NCBI RefSeq assembly: GCF_009914755.1
Contig: NC_060927.1
Length of the DNA stretch: 64,000 nt
Origin: the human T2T-CHM13v2.0 reference genome, Homo sapiens
Strand: one strand, 5' to 3'
A model generated the notes under the pieces. It ran no database searches. It had not been told where the DNA came from and saw only the letters and a program-made list of their open reading frames with translations. Shown piece by piece: positions 1 through 11,454 of the stretch (the stretch's first letter is position 1; every line of letters starts with the position of its first letter). Made by a program: the position numbers and the translations under genes.

Positions 1-410
1 TGTAATGGCAAAGACATGATATCAACCTAGGTGTTCATCAATGGTAGACTGGATTGAAAAATGTAGTACATATATACCATGGAATATGATACAGCCATAA
101 AAAATGAAATCATGTTCTTTGCAGAAACATGGATGCAGCTGGAGGCCATAATCCTAAGTGAAATTATACAGGAACAGAAAACCAAATCTTGTGTGTTCTC
201 AAGTATAAGTGGAAGCTAAACATTGGGCACACATGGACATAAACATGGGAACAATAGGCACTGTGTACTACTAGATGAGGGAGGGAAGGAGGAGGGCATT
301 GGTTGGAAAACTACCTATTGGGTACTATGCTAACTACCTAGTTCCAACATACTTGTGTAACAATACTACACAAGTATCCCTTGTATCTAAGATAAAGGCT
401 AAAATTTAAA
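1..410 (+). mobile_element. LINE-1 3' end (L1PB-like), runs off window start
   Basis: CCATGGAATATGATACAGCCATAAAAAATGAAATCATGTTCTTTGCAG...ATGGATGCAGCTGGAGGCCAT matches the L1 ORF2 end/3'UTR; followed by a (TA)n tail. Confidence 0.85.
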
Positions 411-571
411 AGATATATATATATATGTATATGGCAAAGTGAGTGACTTACATAAAATAATTAGTGAATAATTTTAATCTTAATTAAATTATTTATCTTA
501 GAATATACATGTTTGTGAATTTATACAAATTTGAAAATGTATGTGTGGATGAAACTACATGTATATTTTGT

Positions 572-678
572 ATTTATACCATGCTTTTAGGTTACTGTGG
601 CCATTTGGTATAGTTTGAAGTCAAGTAGTGTAATGTTTCTGGCTTTGTTCTTTTTGTTAGGATAGCTTTGGCTGTCCT
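572..678 (-). mobile_element. Short L1 ORF2 fragment
   Basis: GTATAGTTTGAAGTCAAGTAGTGTAATG...GGCTTTGTTCTTTTTG resembles the L1 stretch at 26018-26070. Confidence 0.7.
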
Positions 679-1510
679 AAAGGCAAATCAATATTTACAT
701 TTTAAATACATTTTAAAAATAAAATTATCCTTTTATTTTTCTAAACACTAAGTTATTATCTTAAAATTTTTTTCTATTGAAAAATACAGATGATTTATAA
801 CAATGCATGCCAATACATCAATAGAAAATATATTTAAAAAAAAGTAACACCTCCTTTTTGTTTTTGTAATCCCTTAGCAGACTGCCTGTGATACACATCA
901 CATTCTAGTTTAATGTTTATTCAGTAATAAACTTGCTTTCTTTCTCTGCTACCTTTGTGAGGAGATGTTTTCTGGGATGCAAGATTTTGTTTTCCATTGT
1001 ATTTCTGCAACAAGTAATATATCAATTTTCTTCTTGACCCAAAGTGCAAATTGTTTGGTTAATATTGATGTGTTTTAATTCCTATTTCATTATCCATAGA
1101 TCTGGAAATATTTTTCTTTTTACCAAATTTCAGAGTCACTGATAGTGATGTTATTTCAGAAGATAAATTATCGAGAGAGAGAAAAAAGAGGGGTCACCAT
1201 TTTTAAACCTATTTTTATTGTGCTATTAACAACTGAATATTTATTGAATGACAAGGATTTTACAGTATAGTCCAAATATATGAAAGTATTATTTTGGCCC
1301 TGAGAAATAAGTAGATGGGAAACATATTAACCATTTTAATTTATCTGAAGAATTTCCATGTAGAAGAGATAGAGGCTTTTCTCTGGATGCCAAGGAAAAA
1401 TCAGTACCAATGAGTTAGATTATCAGAGGCAGAAAGCAGAATTAGATGGAACAATGTTTCAATAATTAAAGCTCTCCTGTGCTGAGCTTAGCACCCATTT
1501 AAGGTCATGA

Positions 1511-2345
1511 TGATAACGCCAGGTGTCAGCCAAATGCCTAGGCAGGTAGGGGCGGGTCCCCAGTGAAACCTCACCTTCAAGCCAAACAACAGCCTCAAGG
1601 TTGAAAGACTGGACTGCTAGTCCCAGATGAAACCTGCCACCCAGCATGAGAACTTCTCTTCCGGTTTGCCTGCCTTTTCCTGATTGATTTTTTTGAATAA
1701 TGCCTTTTAACCAATTGATTGTTGCCTTTTCCAATACTACCTATGGCCTGCCACTCCCATATTCTAAGCCCATAAAAGTCCTGGACTCAGCCATACTGGA
1801 GGACTTTCTCACCTTCAATTAGGGGGACCAACCCCACATCGTCTCTCCATGGAAAGCTGTTTCGTAACTCTAAAAACTTCCTGCCTTGCTTGTTGTTGGA
1901 TTGTCAGCATATCCTCATTCTTTTTGGATGCTAGGCAAGAGCTCTGGACCCACTGAGTGTGGGTGCCCAGAAAGGCTGTCACACTGGCCTTTTGCCTTTG
2001 CTGGCAGAGAGCAGCCACCCCATACAACAGGACCAGGGGCTGACTGAGCTGCTAACACACTGCCATCCATTGGGCAGTGGACAGTGGAACTAAAATAGCT
2101 GATTAGGACATTAATTCCCACTCTGAGTCTTCAGAGTTTTAGGCACTGTTGGCTGGGCACTGCCACATTCTGGCCTCAGACCCCCATGGAGCTTGCTCCT
2201 GTGTCATGCTCAGAGCAGCTGGCTGGATCCCATTCTCACTCACTCACATGCTCCCTCTTGCTAGGGGCTGAACACAGCAGGCCGAGTAGACAGGGCACCC
2301 CTGCTGCAAGTCTGGCAAAGAGGCCAAGAAAAAAATTCTGTGTCA
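1511..2345 (+). mobile_element. ERV1 solo LTR (MER50-like)
   Basis: TG...CA termini; perfect 4-bp TSD ATGA (1507-1510 and 2346-2349); CAAATGCCTAGGCAG.TAGGGGCGGGTCCCC.GTGAAACC matches remembered MER50 start. Confidence 0.8.
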
Positions 2346-2544
2346 ATGAGCATGCTAACAATGAAATTCTTTAAGTGTGGGTTGACAAATGTTTATCTTT
2401 AATTCTAAAGACACACCCGGCACTGGTGGGAAATTGAAGCCCGTGCTATGGAGATCTCCCTAACTCCACCTTCTATTATTTTTGTAAAGAAAGAGGGGTT
2501 TTATCAAAACACAACATCTACATTAAAAAAAGAATCTCTTGTCA

Positions 2545-2743
2545 AAAGCCTTTTCTGTTCTAAGCACATCGCTGGCTGAGCATTTAGCACGCGTAAGTCA
2601 TTTAATCTTCACAACAAGCCTGAAAAGTATGTATTGTGAGCACATTTTACAGCTGCAAAAACTGATGCACACACAGCTAGTAAATTGTATCTGGCCATCC
2701 GGTGTTTGGTGTTCGTATTTACTGTTACACCACGCTGCATCTC
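2545..2743 (-). mobile_element. MIR SINE
   Basis: TCATTTAATCTTCACAACAAGCC...CATTTTACAGCTGCAAAAACTGA...CACACAGCTAGTAA is the MIR core in reverse. Confidence 0.7.
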
Positions 2744-5089
2744 ATCCAGGCAAATGACAGACTCAAGAGTTAAAGTGAACAAAATCAAAAGGATTCATTG
2801 TGTCACATTTTATGAGTAGAATAACTTAAAGTTAACAGAAAATCACAGAAGCATGTGGAATGTATTAACTTCTTTCAACATTAACATATTCCCAAAAGGC
2901 TTTTAACATTTCCAGAGTTGATAAAATGAATAAGCAACTTAAGAGTTTCTAAAATGGCATTCTAAGGGAAATTATATTTCTTTGTCTCAGAAAGTTTTGC
3001 TTCTTAAAAGTGTTAAAGGAATACTACAGTATTTTAGTGTTAGCTTATACTAGTTCCATTGTTTAACATGTTATTGTTGTGACTTCAAGGCAGTAGCACC
3101 TGAGATTTTTTTGTTAATCTTCTCCCACATAACTTTTAATCCCATGTTCCTCACCTCCCCCCATTTCTACTCCATTTCTCCTGCTCACTTTTGCTTCAAG
3201 CAACAATGTAGGAATTTTCTTATCAGAGCCTACTTCCCTCCTTCCAAGTGTTTACCCTTTCCAAATTCATCTTGGACCCCATAAGCACACTATTTATGCG
3301 TCCCCAGTTTCTTTGTTCAATTTCAAGCTGTTGATATTCCCCAATTCTGTATAAGGCCCTCCCACACCCCCACTACACTCCAAATTGCTGCACGTGTGTC
3401 TCCTTCCCTGAGACATTTATCATCTATGACATGTAGAAACTCTTTGAAGAGAGACTGTCTTCTATGTTCTCTCTTTCTAGCCACATCTATCTCTGTGGGA
3501 TCTCTCTGCTATCCTTCATCCAGTCAAAGGAGTCTTAATGTAGTCTGACGGTAGGAAAAAAATCTGCTCTGGTCATACTAATCCAAATCTTTCTGACTTG
3601 CCTATGGGAGTTCAAAGCTACATTTAACAACTTAAATTGTATTTTGTATTGATCACTCACCTCCAATTAATGAGGAATACAGCATGCTCTAAATGGCAGA
3701 AAGGCCCATCTAATGAGAGGGAAAAAATATAACAGAAAAAAAAGCAGGATTAATAGCACATAACTTAATAATTCAAAATACTCCCTTACCAATTCAATCC
3801 AAGCCTCTCTTAAGTATTATTGACACTCTACCGTTCGAAGGACTGTGAACAATTTCTCTCTCCTTACTACCTCCAATTTAATTCAAGTCAATGAAAAAGT
3901 ATTATATACAGAGCTTATAATATAGTAAAGAGGTAAAAGAGGCAGATACAGACTTATTCTGACTAGCCTAAGATAATAAGGAATGATTGGGTCTAACAGA
4001 CATCACAGGCACCTCCTAACGTGTTGTCTCCTAACATGTCTTCAGGCCCAGAGGAAATATACTTGTTTATATTCAGAGAAATAGGCATAGATATGTGAAT
4101 TGTTTAGAACAACAAAATGTAAGCGGAAGAGACATATGTCATCCTGAGCTAGAAGAGTTAATATTTAATCACTGTTCTCTATGCTGGACTCCAGCCTTGG
4201 AGAACTCTGAAGCCTCGAATTAAGATGATGGTGTCATAACTGTTGGCACTTTCTTCAGCCTGGATTTTCAAGTGATTAAAATGAGTAGAACCCTCTGCCT
4301 ACCTGTTTAGGGTTGGCTAATTTTTATGTGTTCAATTACTATTTCTTCATGCAAAGTTCTGAAAATTATTGCCTTTATTGCTTACCTACTCTGCCTCATA
4401 TGGTGAGATTATGCAATATATTTTTACTAATTTTAAGTCCCTGAAGTTTTTTCTTATTCTTACATTCTTAGTCTATCCTTAGCAAATATTTGAGCACAGC
4501 AGGTGACAAGAATGCACTAGGGGTATTTTGAATGCTCTAACAAAATATTATTTTACATCAAGTATTTCCCTAGAATGTGAAAATTTAGTAGTCATAAATA
4601 AATCCATGTTATCATCTTGGGTTACAAAATGCATTTTAATAATTATGTTAATATGACTCCTAGTCCCCTACTTGTAACTTTTAATGTGTTTTCATCTTCT
4701 TCCCCCCCAGTGTTTTCTCCCCAATACAGCAATTTCCCAACTGTTACTAACTGCCTATTTAATAACCCCAGATATCCCCACCTCTCCACTGAAGTTAATT
4801 ATAATGAAAACCACACCTTAGGCAAGACAGGTGACACAGAAAGAGCTAAAGTGTGAGTAATTTAAAACTGAACAAGAGAAGAAATATTTTGCTTCCTGTT
4901 GTTGTATCTGCAAGTTTAGCTGCTGATGTAAGGTAATATCAAAGTTATAACAAAGGGCCAGGTTTGGGTTATACTCTCTTTTCACAGGATGCTATATAGT
5001 CTTGTTTTTTTGTTTGTTTGTTTGTTTGTTTTTGCTAAACAGTCACTTGTTTTCTTGGTCTCCTTTTCTTCTATATGACTTCTTACTAC

Positions 5090-5600
5090 TGCAAAGTTTC
5101 TCCTCTATTTACACTCCCTTGATCATTTTGTCTAATAGCATGTCTACAAATGCCAGCTCCTGTGTGTTTACAAATCACTGTCAATATATCCAGCCTAAAT
5201 TACTTCCCTGAATCCCACATTTGTCTACACAACTGCCAATTCAGCATCTCCTCTTGTATGTCTAATATACATGTCAAAACCAACATGTCAAAATCACTCT
5301 CCTGTAATTTATTCCCTCATTTACATAACAACACCTGTTCTTCCTATAGCCTCCCCTGTTTTGGTAGAGACAATTCCAACTTTTTGCCTCTTGAATCTTT
5401 ATCCCCTTACTTTGCTCTCAGTTTTTCTTTATCCAATGGTCTTGTTATTTTCTAACATACTATGTAATTCAATTATTTATATGTTCGCTATTCATATTAT
5501 GTTTCCTCTACTGGAAAGGAAGCCTCATGGTGATTTTTGTTTAACGTTTCCAGTTTGCTGCATAAAAGTTAAAGCATCCCAAGCACCTAAGTGAGTGGTT
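5090..5600 (+). mobile_element. L2 LINE fragments
   Basis: CAACTGCCAATTCAGCATCTCCTCTTGTATGTCTAAT...CAAAACCAACATGTCAAAA is typical L2 3' region. Confidence 0.65.
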
Positions 5601-6064
5601 TTTATATGAATGTTCCTGTATTATGAGACTTTTAATTAATTCAAAATGTCAATATAAAACTGGCAAATAAGATACCTTTTCTGAAATAGAAAAATACAAC
5701 TGGTTTTTCTTTCAAAATCTACCTATATATTTTAATTTTTATGTTCCTTTTCTTTTCATTTAAAATTGAAATAAGCACGCGTTAACAGAAAGAAAATCAC
5801 TTTTTAAAAATTTTCATTCTCCTTTAAACTATAGTGCTTGACAAATAACCAGAAAAGGACAATGTTAACAAACAGTAAAATGCTACATTTCTGATAGATC
5901 TACATTTGTTTTAATTACTCATCCCTGCCATTAATATTGCTTCTCATATTTTAATACATTAAGGTTGTTTTTTATAAGAACAAAAATAAGCAAATGCGTT
6001 TATAGTTTCATATTTACATTCAGTCTTAGAATACTTTGTTAAGCCTAACTTCATAAAAAGAGGA

Positions 6065-6680
6065 TTTTAACAGCTTTATTGAGATATAATTCATATTTCA
6101 TAAAACTCATCCACTTAAAGTACATAATTCAGTGGTTTTTATTATCGTCACAGGGTTGTTTAATCACTGCAATAATCTAATTTTAGAAAATGTTTATCAT
6201 TCCCAAAATAAACTGCATTCCATTAGCAGTCACTCCTCACCCCCTCACACCAGTCCTAGGCAATCACTAATGTACTATCTCCATAGATTTGCCTCTTCTA
6301 GAATTTTTGTATACATGGAATTATACCACACATACTCTTTGTGACTAGTTTCTATTATTTATCATAATGCTTTCAAGGTTTATCCATGGGGTGTAGTACA
6401 ACATTTCCTTTTATGGCATGCAATATTTTATTGCATGAATATATCACACTATTGTTATCCATTGATCATTTGATGCACATTTGGGTTGTTTCACTTTTTG
6501 GCTGTTATGAATAATGCTGCTATGAACATTTTTATACAAGTTTTTGTGTGCACATGTGTTAATTTACCTTGGGTGCATACCTAGGAGTAAAATTACTGGG
6601 TCATATGGTAACTACAGGTTTGACACTTTGAGGAACTATCAAACTTGTTCTCCAAAGTGGATACATAATTTTACATTTTA
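6065..6680 (-). mobile_element. LINE-1 3' end (L1MB-like)
   Basis: CAGCTTTATTGAGATATAATTCATA...GAATAATGCTGCTATGAACATT...CTCCAAAGTGG. Confidence 0.85.
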
Positions 6681-7169
6681 AAAAAGCTATTTTTAACACT
6701 CTTAAGACTGCATTTTGTGAAATTTTATTGTTTGGCAAAGGAGTAAATTAAACCTTAAATTCTGTTAGGTGCATTTGTCAACAATAAAAGCCACATAAGT
6801 TGAACAAGATTAAGGGTACTCTGTTACATTAGATTTAGTAAATATTTCACAAATTTTACCTTGAAAATATCTTTTTTAATGTTCCACAGGAGAACAAGCT
6901 AATTGTATACTCATGAGCAAAGAATTTGTCCCCTCTCTTGAACAGAGAGCATAGAATCAGGACTTCAGACAGAGAAAGGAAGGAGAAGACACCAGCGAAG
7001 CTTGCAGGTTGGCTAAATAAGCACTGTACATACGCAGCCTAATTGCTTGCAGCCCAATCACTTTCCATCCCCAGTGGGAGTGCATCCATCTCTTAGATAT
7101 GCCCCAGGTGGGACCAAAAGCCTGTGATGTCAAGTGTGGCCTCCACGCTATGCAGCTATGCAGCAAAGA

Positions 7170-8100
7170 TCTTTCATCAATATAAAAAACATGTAATTTC
7201 TCAATGGTCTTCAAAAAAAAGAAGCTAAAGATACACAGTCTTATATGTAGAAGTTCTCTTGCATATAGAGAATTCATTGCACCAAGAAGCAATACATGAG
7301 GGTGCTTACTATATCTTTATTCAAAGAGGAAAAATAACCTAAACACACTTTAAGAGGAGGAATAGTATTATGTAATAGTGTTATATGTGTGAATTAAAAT
7401 GAATTAGACATAGAGATCACAAGTTGGGTAAATCTCAAATGCAGTATTGAATTATGAAAACATATAGCAACTTGTTCACTGATACATGTAAGATAATGCT
7501 AGTCATATGGTGCTTTAAAATTCCAAAATTTCTATTTTTTTCCAAATTTACGGAAAAAAAATGAGGGAATAGTAAGATGAAGAATACCCATACACTCTTC
7601 ACCTAAAATAATTAATTGTTAACATTTTTTCACATTTGCTATTCCTGTTTCTTTACATGTGTGCACACGTTTCTGAACCATTTGAAAGTAATTTGTAAAT
7701 TTTATATCATTTCATATCTAAATACAATATACTTCTGGATTACAAGGACATTTTTCTGCATAAGCACAATGTCACTATAACACACAAGAAAGTAAGAATT
7801 ATTGACAAATGAAATAATAGTATATATTGTTCATGAAAGTATAATAACAAAAGAAGAAAATATTGTTGGTTTCAGAAACTCCCTCAAAATTTATTTCTCC
7901 AGGTTGGTAATAATAGAGGAAAACAAATGGAGTTAAGGAAGGACATAAAGGGGTCTTCTATGTTATCTGCAATACTGTTTCTTTGAGAAATTTTTTTTAA
8001 ATGATATAGCAAAATGTTAACATTTGCTAAATCTGAATTAAGCATATATATTTATTTTTCTTAGATGTAATAGTATATGCTGAAATGTTTCTGTAAAACA
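7170..8100. mobile_element. Degraded old L1M (L1ME/MC) fragments in both orientations
   Basis: Diverged L1 3'-end-like stretches, e.g. GAATACCCATACACTCTTCACCTAAAAT..TTGTTAACATTTT. Confidence 0.45.
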
Positions 8101-9029
8101 AAAGAAAGAAGAGGCTATGAGTAATGGAATCTTACATTGCCTTGGATGAAATCATACCTAGTAACTGTAATATAAAAATTATAATTTTTTGTATATAAAA
8201 TTGGTTTGACATTAGAATTTTATATGGTTCAACCTACTATATTTATATTGTTTTAATATAATTAAGCCAATATATGTTCTATTATATTGACTTAAAGTGA
8301 TAATTTATGATATACATATACTACTATATTTATAAAACCATTACAAGGGAAGTTTATTGAGATACATAGACACATCAGTTGGCTTGATTCTCATGTTACA
8401 TATACATGGAGACAGCTCCTGAAGATCCCACCATAATACAAAGGCAAGTGTGGGGCGGTCCACCTGCCAGGCCTGTGGGGAAGTTCCACTGGAACCACCT
8501 TAGACAGACAAAACTGGAGGTAGGTTTGTGAGTCCTTCATGGCCCTGCACTCTGGGGCAGCTCACAACAATCTGACAGATAGTGCTAGACTCCAAAAGAG
8601 GGACGCTGATTCTGAGTTATGAAACTTTTGAATTTTATAATTAGGGAAATTTGGGCACCCCCATCATATGATCAGGGGCTGTAATAAATAACAGTGGTGT
8701 GATGTGGTGGAAACTTGACTCCAGCCCTGCCCTGCCAGCTCAGCATTTGTGGGTCGGTGAGCTCTGGCATAAACAGGGACATTCTGACAATAACTAATTT
8801 CCATGGAGTTTTCTAGAAGACTAACTTCTTTTCTGGGGTGCCAACCTGTAAGGGAATTGTATTCAATAAATCATTTCCTGGCAAATACCAAAAAAGTATC
8901 ATTTTTCTCTAAGAAACATTAATCTAGAAAGAACATATTCTCCACATGACAAAAATGTATCAATGGAGAAGGAAAAACAAAGAAATGTAATAATATAAGG
9001 TGGACTATAAACCCTATTATAGAACCATA

Positions 9030-9360
9030 CAGTTTTCTCCTGGTATGTGTGACGGATTGGTTCCATGACCCCTGCCGATACCAAAATCCATAGATGCTCA
9101 AGTCCTTTACGTAAAATGCTGTAGTATTTGCATGTAACCTACGCACACCCTCTTGTGTACTTTAAATCATCTCTAGCTTATTTAAAATACCTAATGCTAT
9201 GTAAATAGTTATTGCAGTTTTTTTAGGGAATAATGACAAGAAAATAAGTTCTGTACATATTCTGTACAGATGCAACCATCCTTTCTGAAAAATATTTTTT
9301 TTTATCCTTGGTTGGTTAAATCTGTGGATGTGGAACCCACAGATATGAAGGACCCTATTT
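9030..9360 (+). mobile_element. Tigger3a/MER2-family DNA transposon (TcMar-Tigger)
   Basis: TA then CAGTT...GATTGGTTCCATGACCCC...ATACCAAAATCCATAGATGCTCAAGTCC...GGATGTGGAACCCACAGATATGAAGG. Confidence 0.85.
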
Positions 9361-9594
9361 ATTTGTATTTAACCTATGCAGGGAGGTATATACTCTCCCT
9401 GCATACTTTGAATCACCTCTAGATTACTTATAATATCCAATACAATATAAATATTATATAAATAGTTGTGATACTGCATTATTTGTATTTGTATTTTACT
9501 TGTTTTATCGTTTTTTTTTTCCTCAAATATTTTTGATCCATGGTTGGTTGAAGCTGCATATGCACAGCCTGCAGATACGGAGTGCCCACCATAC
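9361..9594 (+). mobile_element. MER2 3' fragment abutting the Tigger3a
   Basis: TCTAGATTACTTATAATA...AATATTTTTGATCCATGGTTGGTTGAA...GATACGGAG. Confidence 0.75.
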
Positions 9595-10634
9595 ACGAAA
9601 CATATGAATATGGGAGAATCTAGGAAATATAATGGGCAAAGCTTTGGAGGAGAGACAAGTCAGAAGATATAGATTAGAGCCTTAAATTTTCCTTGTTTAT
9701 TTGATTGACTTCAGGCAAGCCACTAACATTTTTGGATCTCCTAATTTTTATCTAAAACTTGATTTAGAAGTAAATATCTATATTTCATATAAAAATAGAA
9801 TGACCATGGAATTGTCATTCAATTGTTGGCTATCTCTTGGAGTTCTGAGTATTAAATAACCAATTAATTTATGTCTGGCAAGGAGAAGAGTCTTTCTGAT
9901 TTGAGTCTTTCTGATTTGGGGCCAAGAATCCCCATTTAAAAAATAAATTCAAGTATTATTTTTGTTTTTTTAAATCATTAACTCACTCATAATCTTTTAA
10001 GACTATTTTGGTATACCTTAGATATTGTAGGTATAGCATACCTTATATACCCATACCTATATATATATAATATACTTATCTGGAGTATATTATACCCTGG
10101 TATAGAATTCCCTAGATTTTGTAGATTTTTTATAATCAGCAGGGAAAGGGTGTCATTTAAATATTTTTACTTCTAGATCCCATTCTCATCTTCATTTTTA
10201 TTATTTCTTATATTCTACTCTATAATCTTTTGTGTTAAGAAATTAGCAATAGATAATTTATAGAGTGGTCTCAAGTTTTGCTTTTTGTTTTTAGGTTTTA
10301 AGCAATGCTTCTAGGTAGATTTTCAATAGTTAATCAGAGTTTTATCTGGCTGTTTATTCATTTTGTAGCTTTGTGATATTAAAAACTGCTGCCTGTGAAC
10401 AATCAACATCGGACTTGTTTTTTTAAGGAACGAACTAAGGTATGTGGTTTTGTAAGACTCCCTAAACATCTTGTCCCAGTGCTTAAACGATTCAGGTGGG
10501 GAGCCTGCAGATTAGTCTGGATAAAAACTGCTCTCAATTTAGCATTTTCATTAATTTATGTCTTACTCATCCATTCCCCCAAACTTGTTATTCCACTAAT
10601 CTTTTATGGTATAATTAGAAAAGTAAGAATATAA

Positions 10635-10825
10635 AAATGACTAACATTTTATAGTACTCTTAACATTTTCATATATAATCTCATTTGATCTGGTTAACAA
10701 ACCTAGCAGTAGATATTTTAAAAAAATGGAACTCAGGAAAGTCATGAGATTTGCCCAAGAACTTATAGCTCATAAATGATGAAGTTGTGAGTGGAATTCT
10801 GACCTTTAGATTCTGAATTTTGTGA
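10635..10825 (-). mobile_element. MIR SINE
   Basis: ATCTCATTTGATC...GATTTGCCCAAGAACTTATAGCT. Confidence 0.6.
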
Positions 10826-11408
10826 CAGGATAACTTTAGCTCTTAAAACAGGTAATAGGATTGTATTTCATGTCATTGACTGCCTCTTCATTCCCTGAAG
10901 CCCTATTCTGGAAATGAAATTGTAAAGACTGTGTATGTGAGTGCTCTCCTTTAGTGTGAATGGGGAAAAGCCCCGCTAAGGCTCCTCCAGGCTTTTGTCT
11001 CACACCCCCTTTAATCCAGCTTTAGTAACACTCCAAGCCACACACTGTATTTCTACAGTAAGTGTAGGCCCCTCCCCAGATATTACTAAAGACCCCTCAG
11101 GAGTCTAAGTGGAAAGTACGATAATGCCTACAACAATTATTAATGCATATAATAAATGTTTGACAAATGTTAAATATCATCACTGTCCCTCTCACTTCAC
11201 TCTTCTCTGTATGTCACCTCTTCTCTTCATGTATCACTTCAGGGTGCTGCACTTCTCCCAAGCTGACTGTGACCCAGAGAGCTAAATCATGCCCTTACCT
11301 TTCATTCCTCAATGCACACCTAACACAGGCTACAGTGTTTAACAGATGTGATTAAGGCTTTCATATAGTACAAGAAGAGTAAAGTGTAGTGAGGGAAACT
11401 TAAACTTG

Positions 11409-11410
<2 letters not shown>

Positions 11411-11449
<39 letters not shown>
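11411..11449. repeat. Pure poly(T) tract, 39 nt
   Basis: Read directly from the sequence. Confidence 0.95.

Positions 11450-11454
<5 letters not shown>

Noticed and set aside
6872-7013. Possible exon (TTCCACAG acceptor, CAG|GTTGGC donor)
   Set aside because: Weak donor and stops in all three frames.
8380-8890. GC-richer island ending near AATAAA
   Set aside because: May be an ancient LTR or unique DNA; I could not assign a family or termini.
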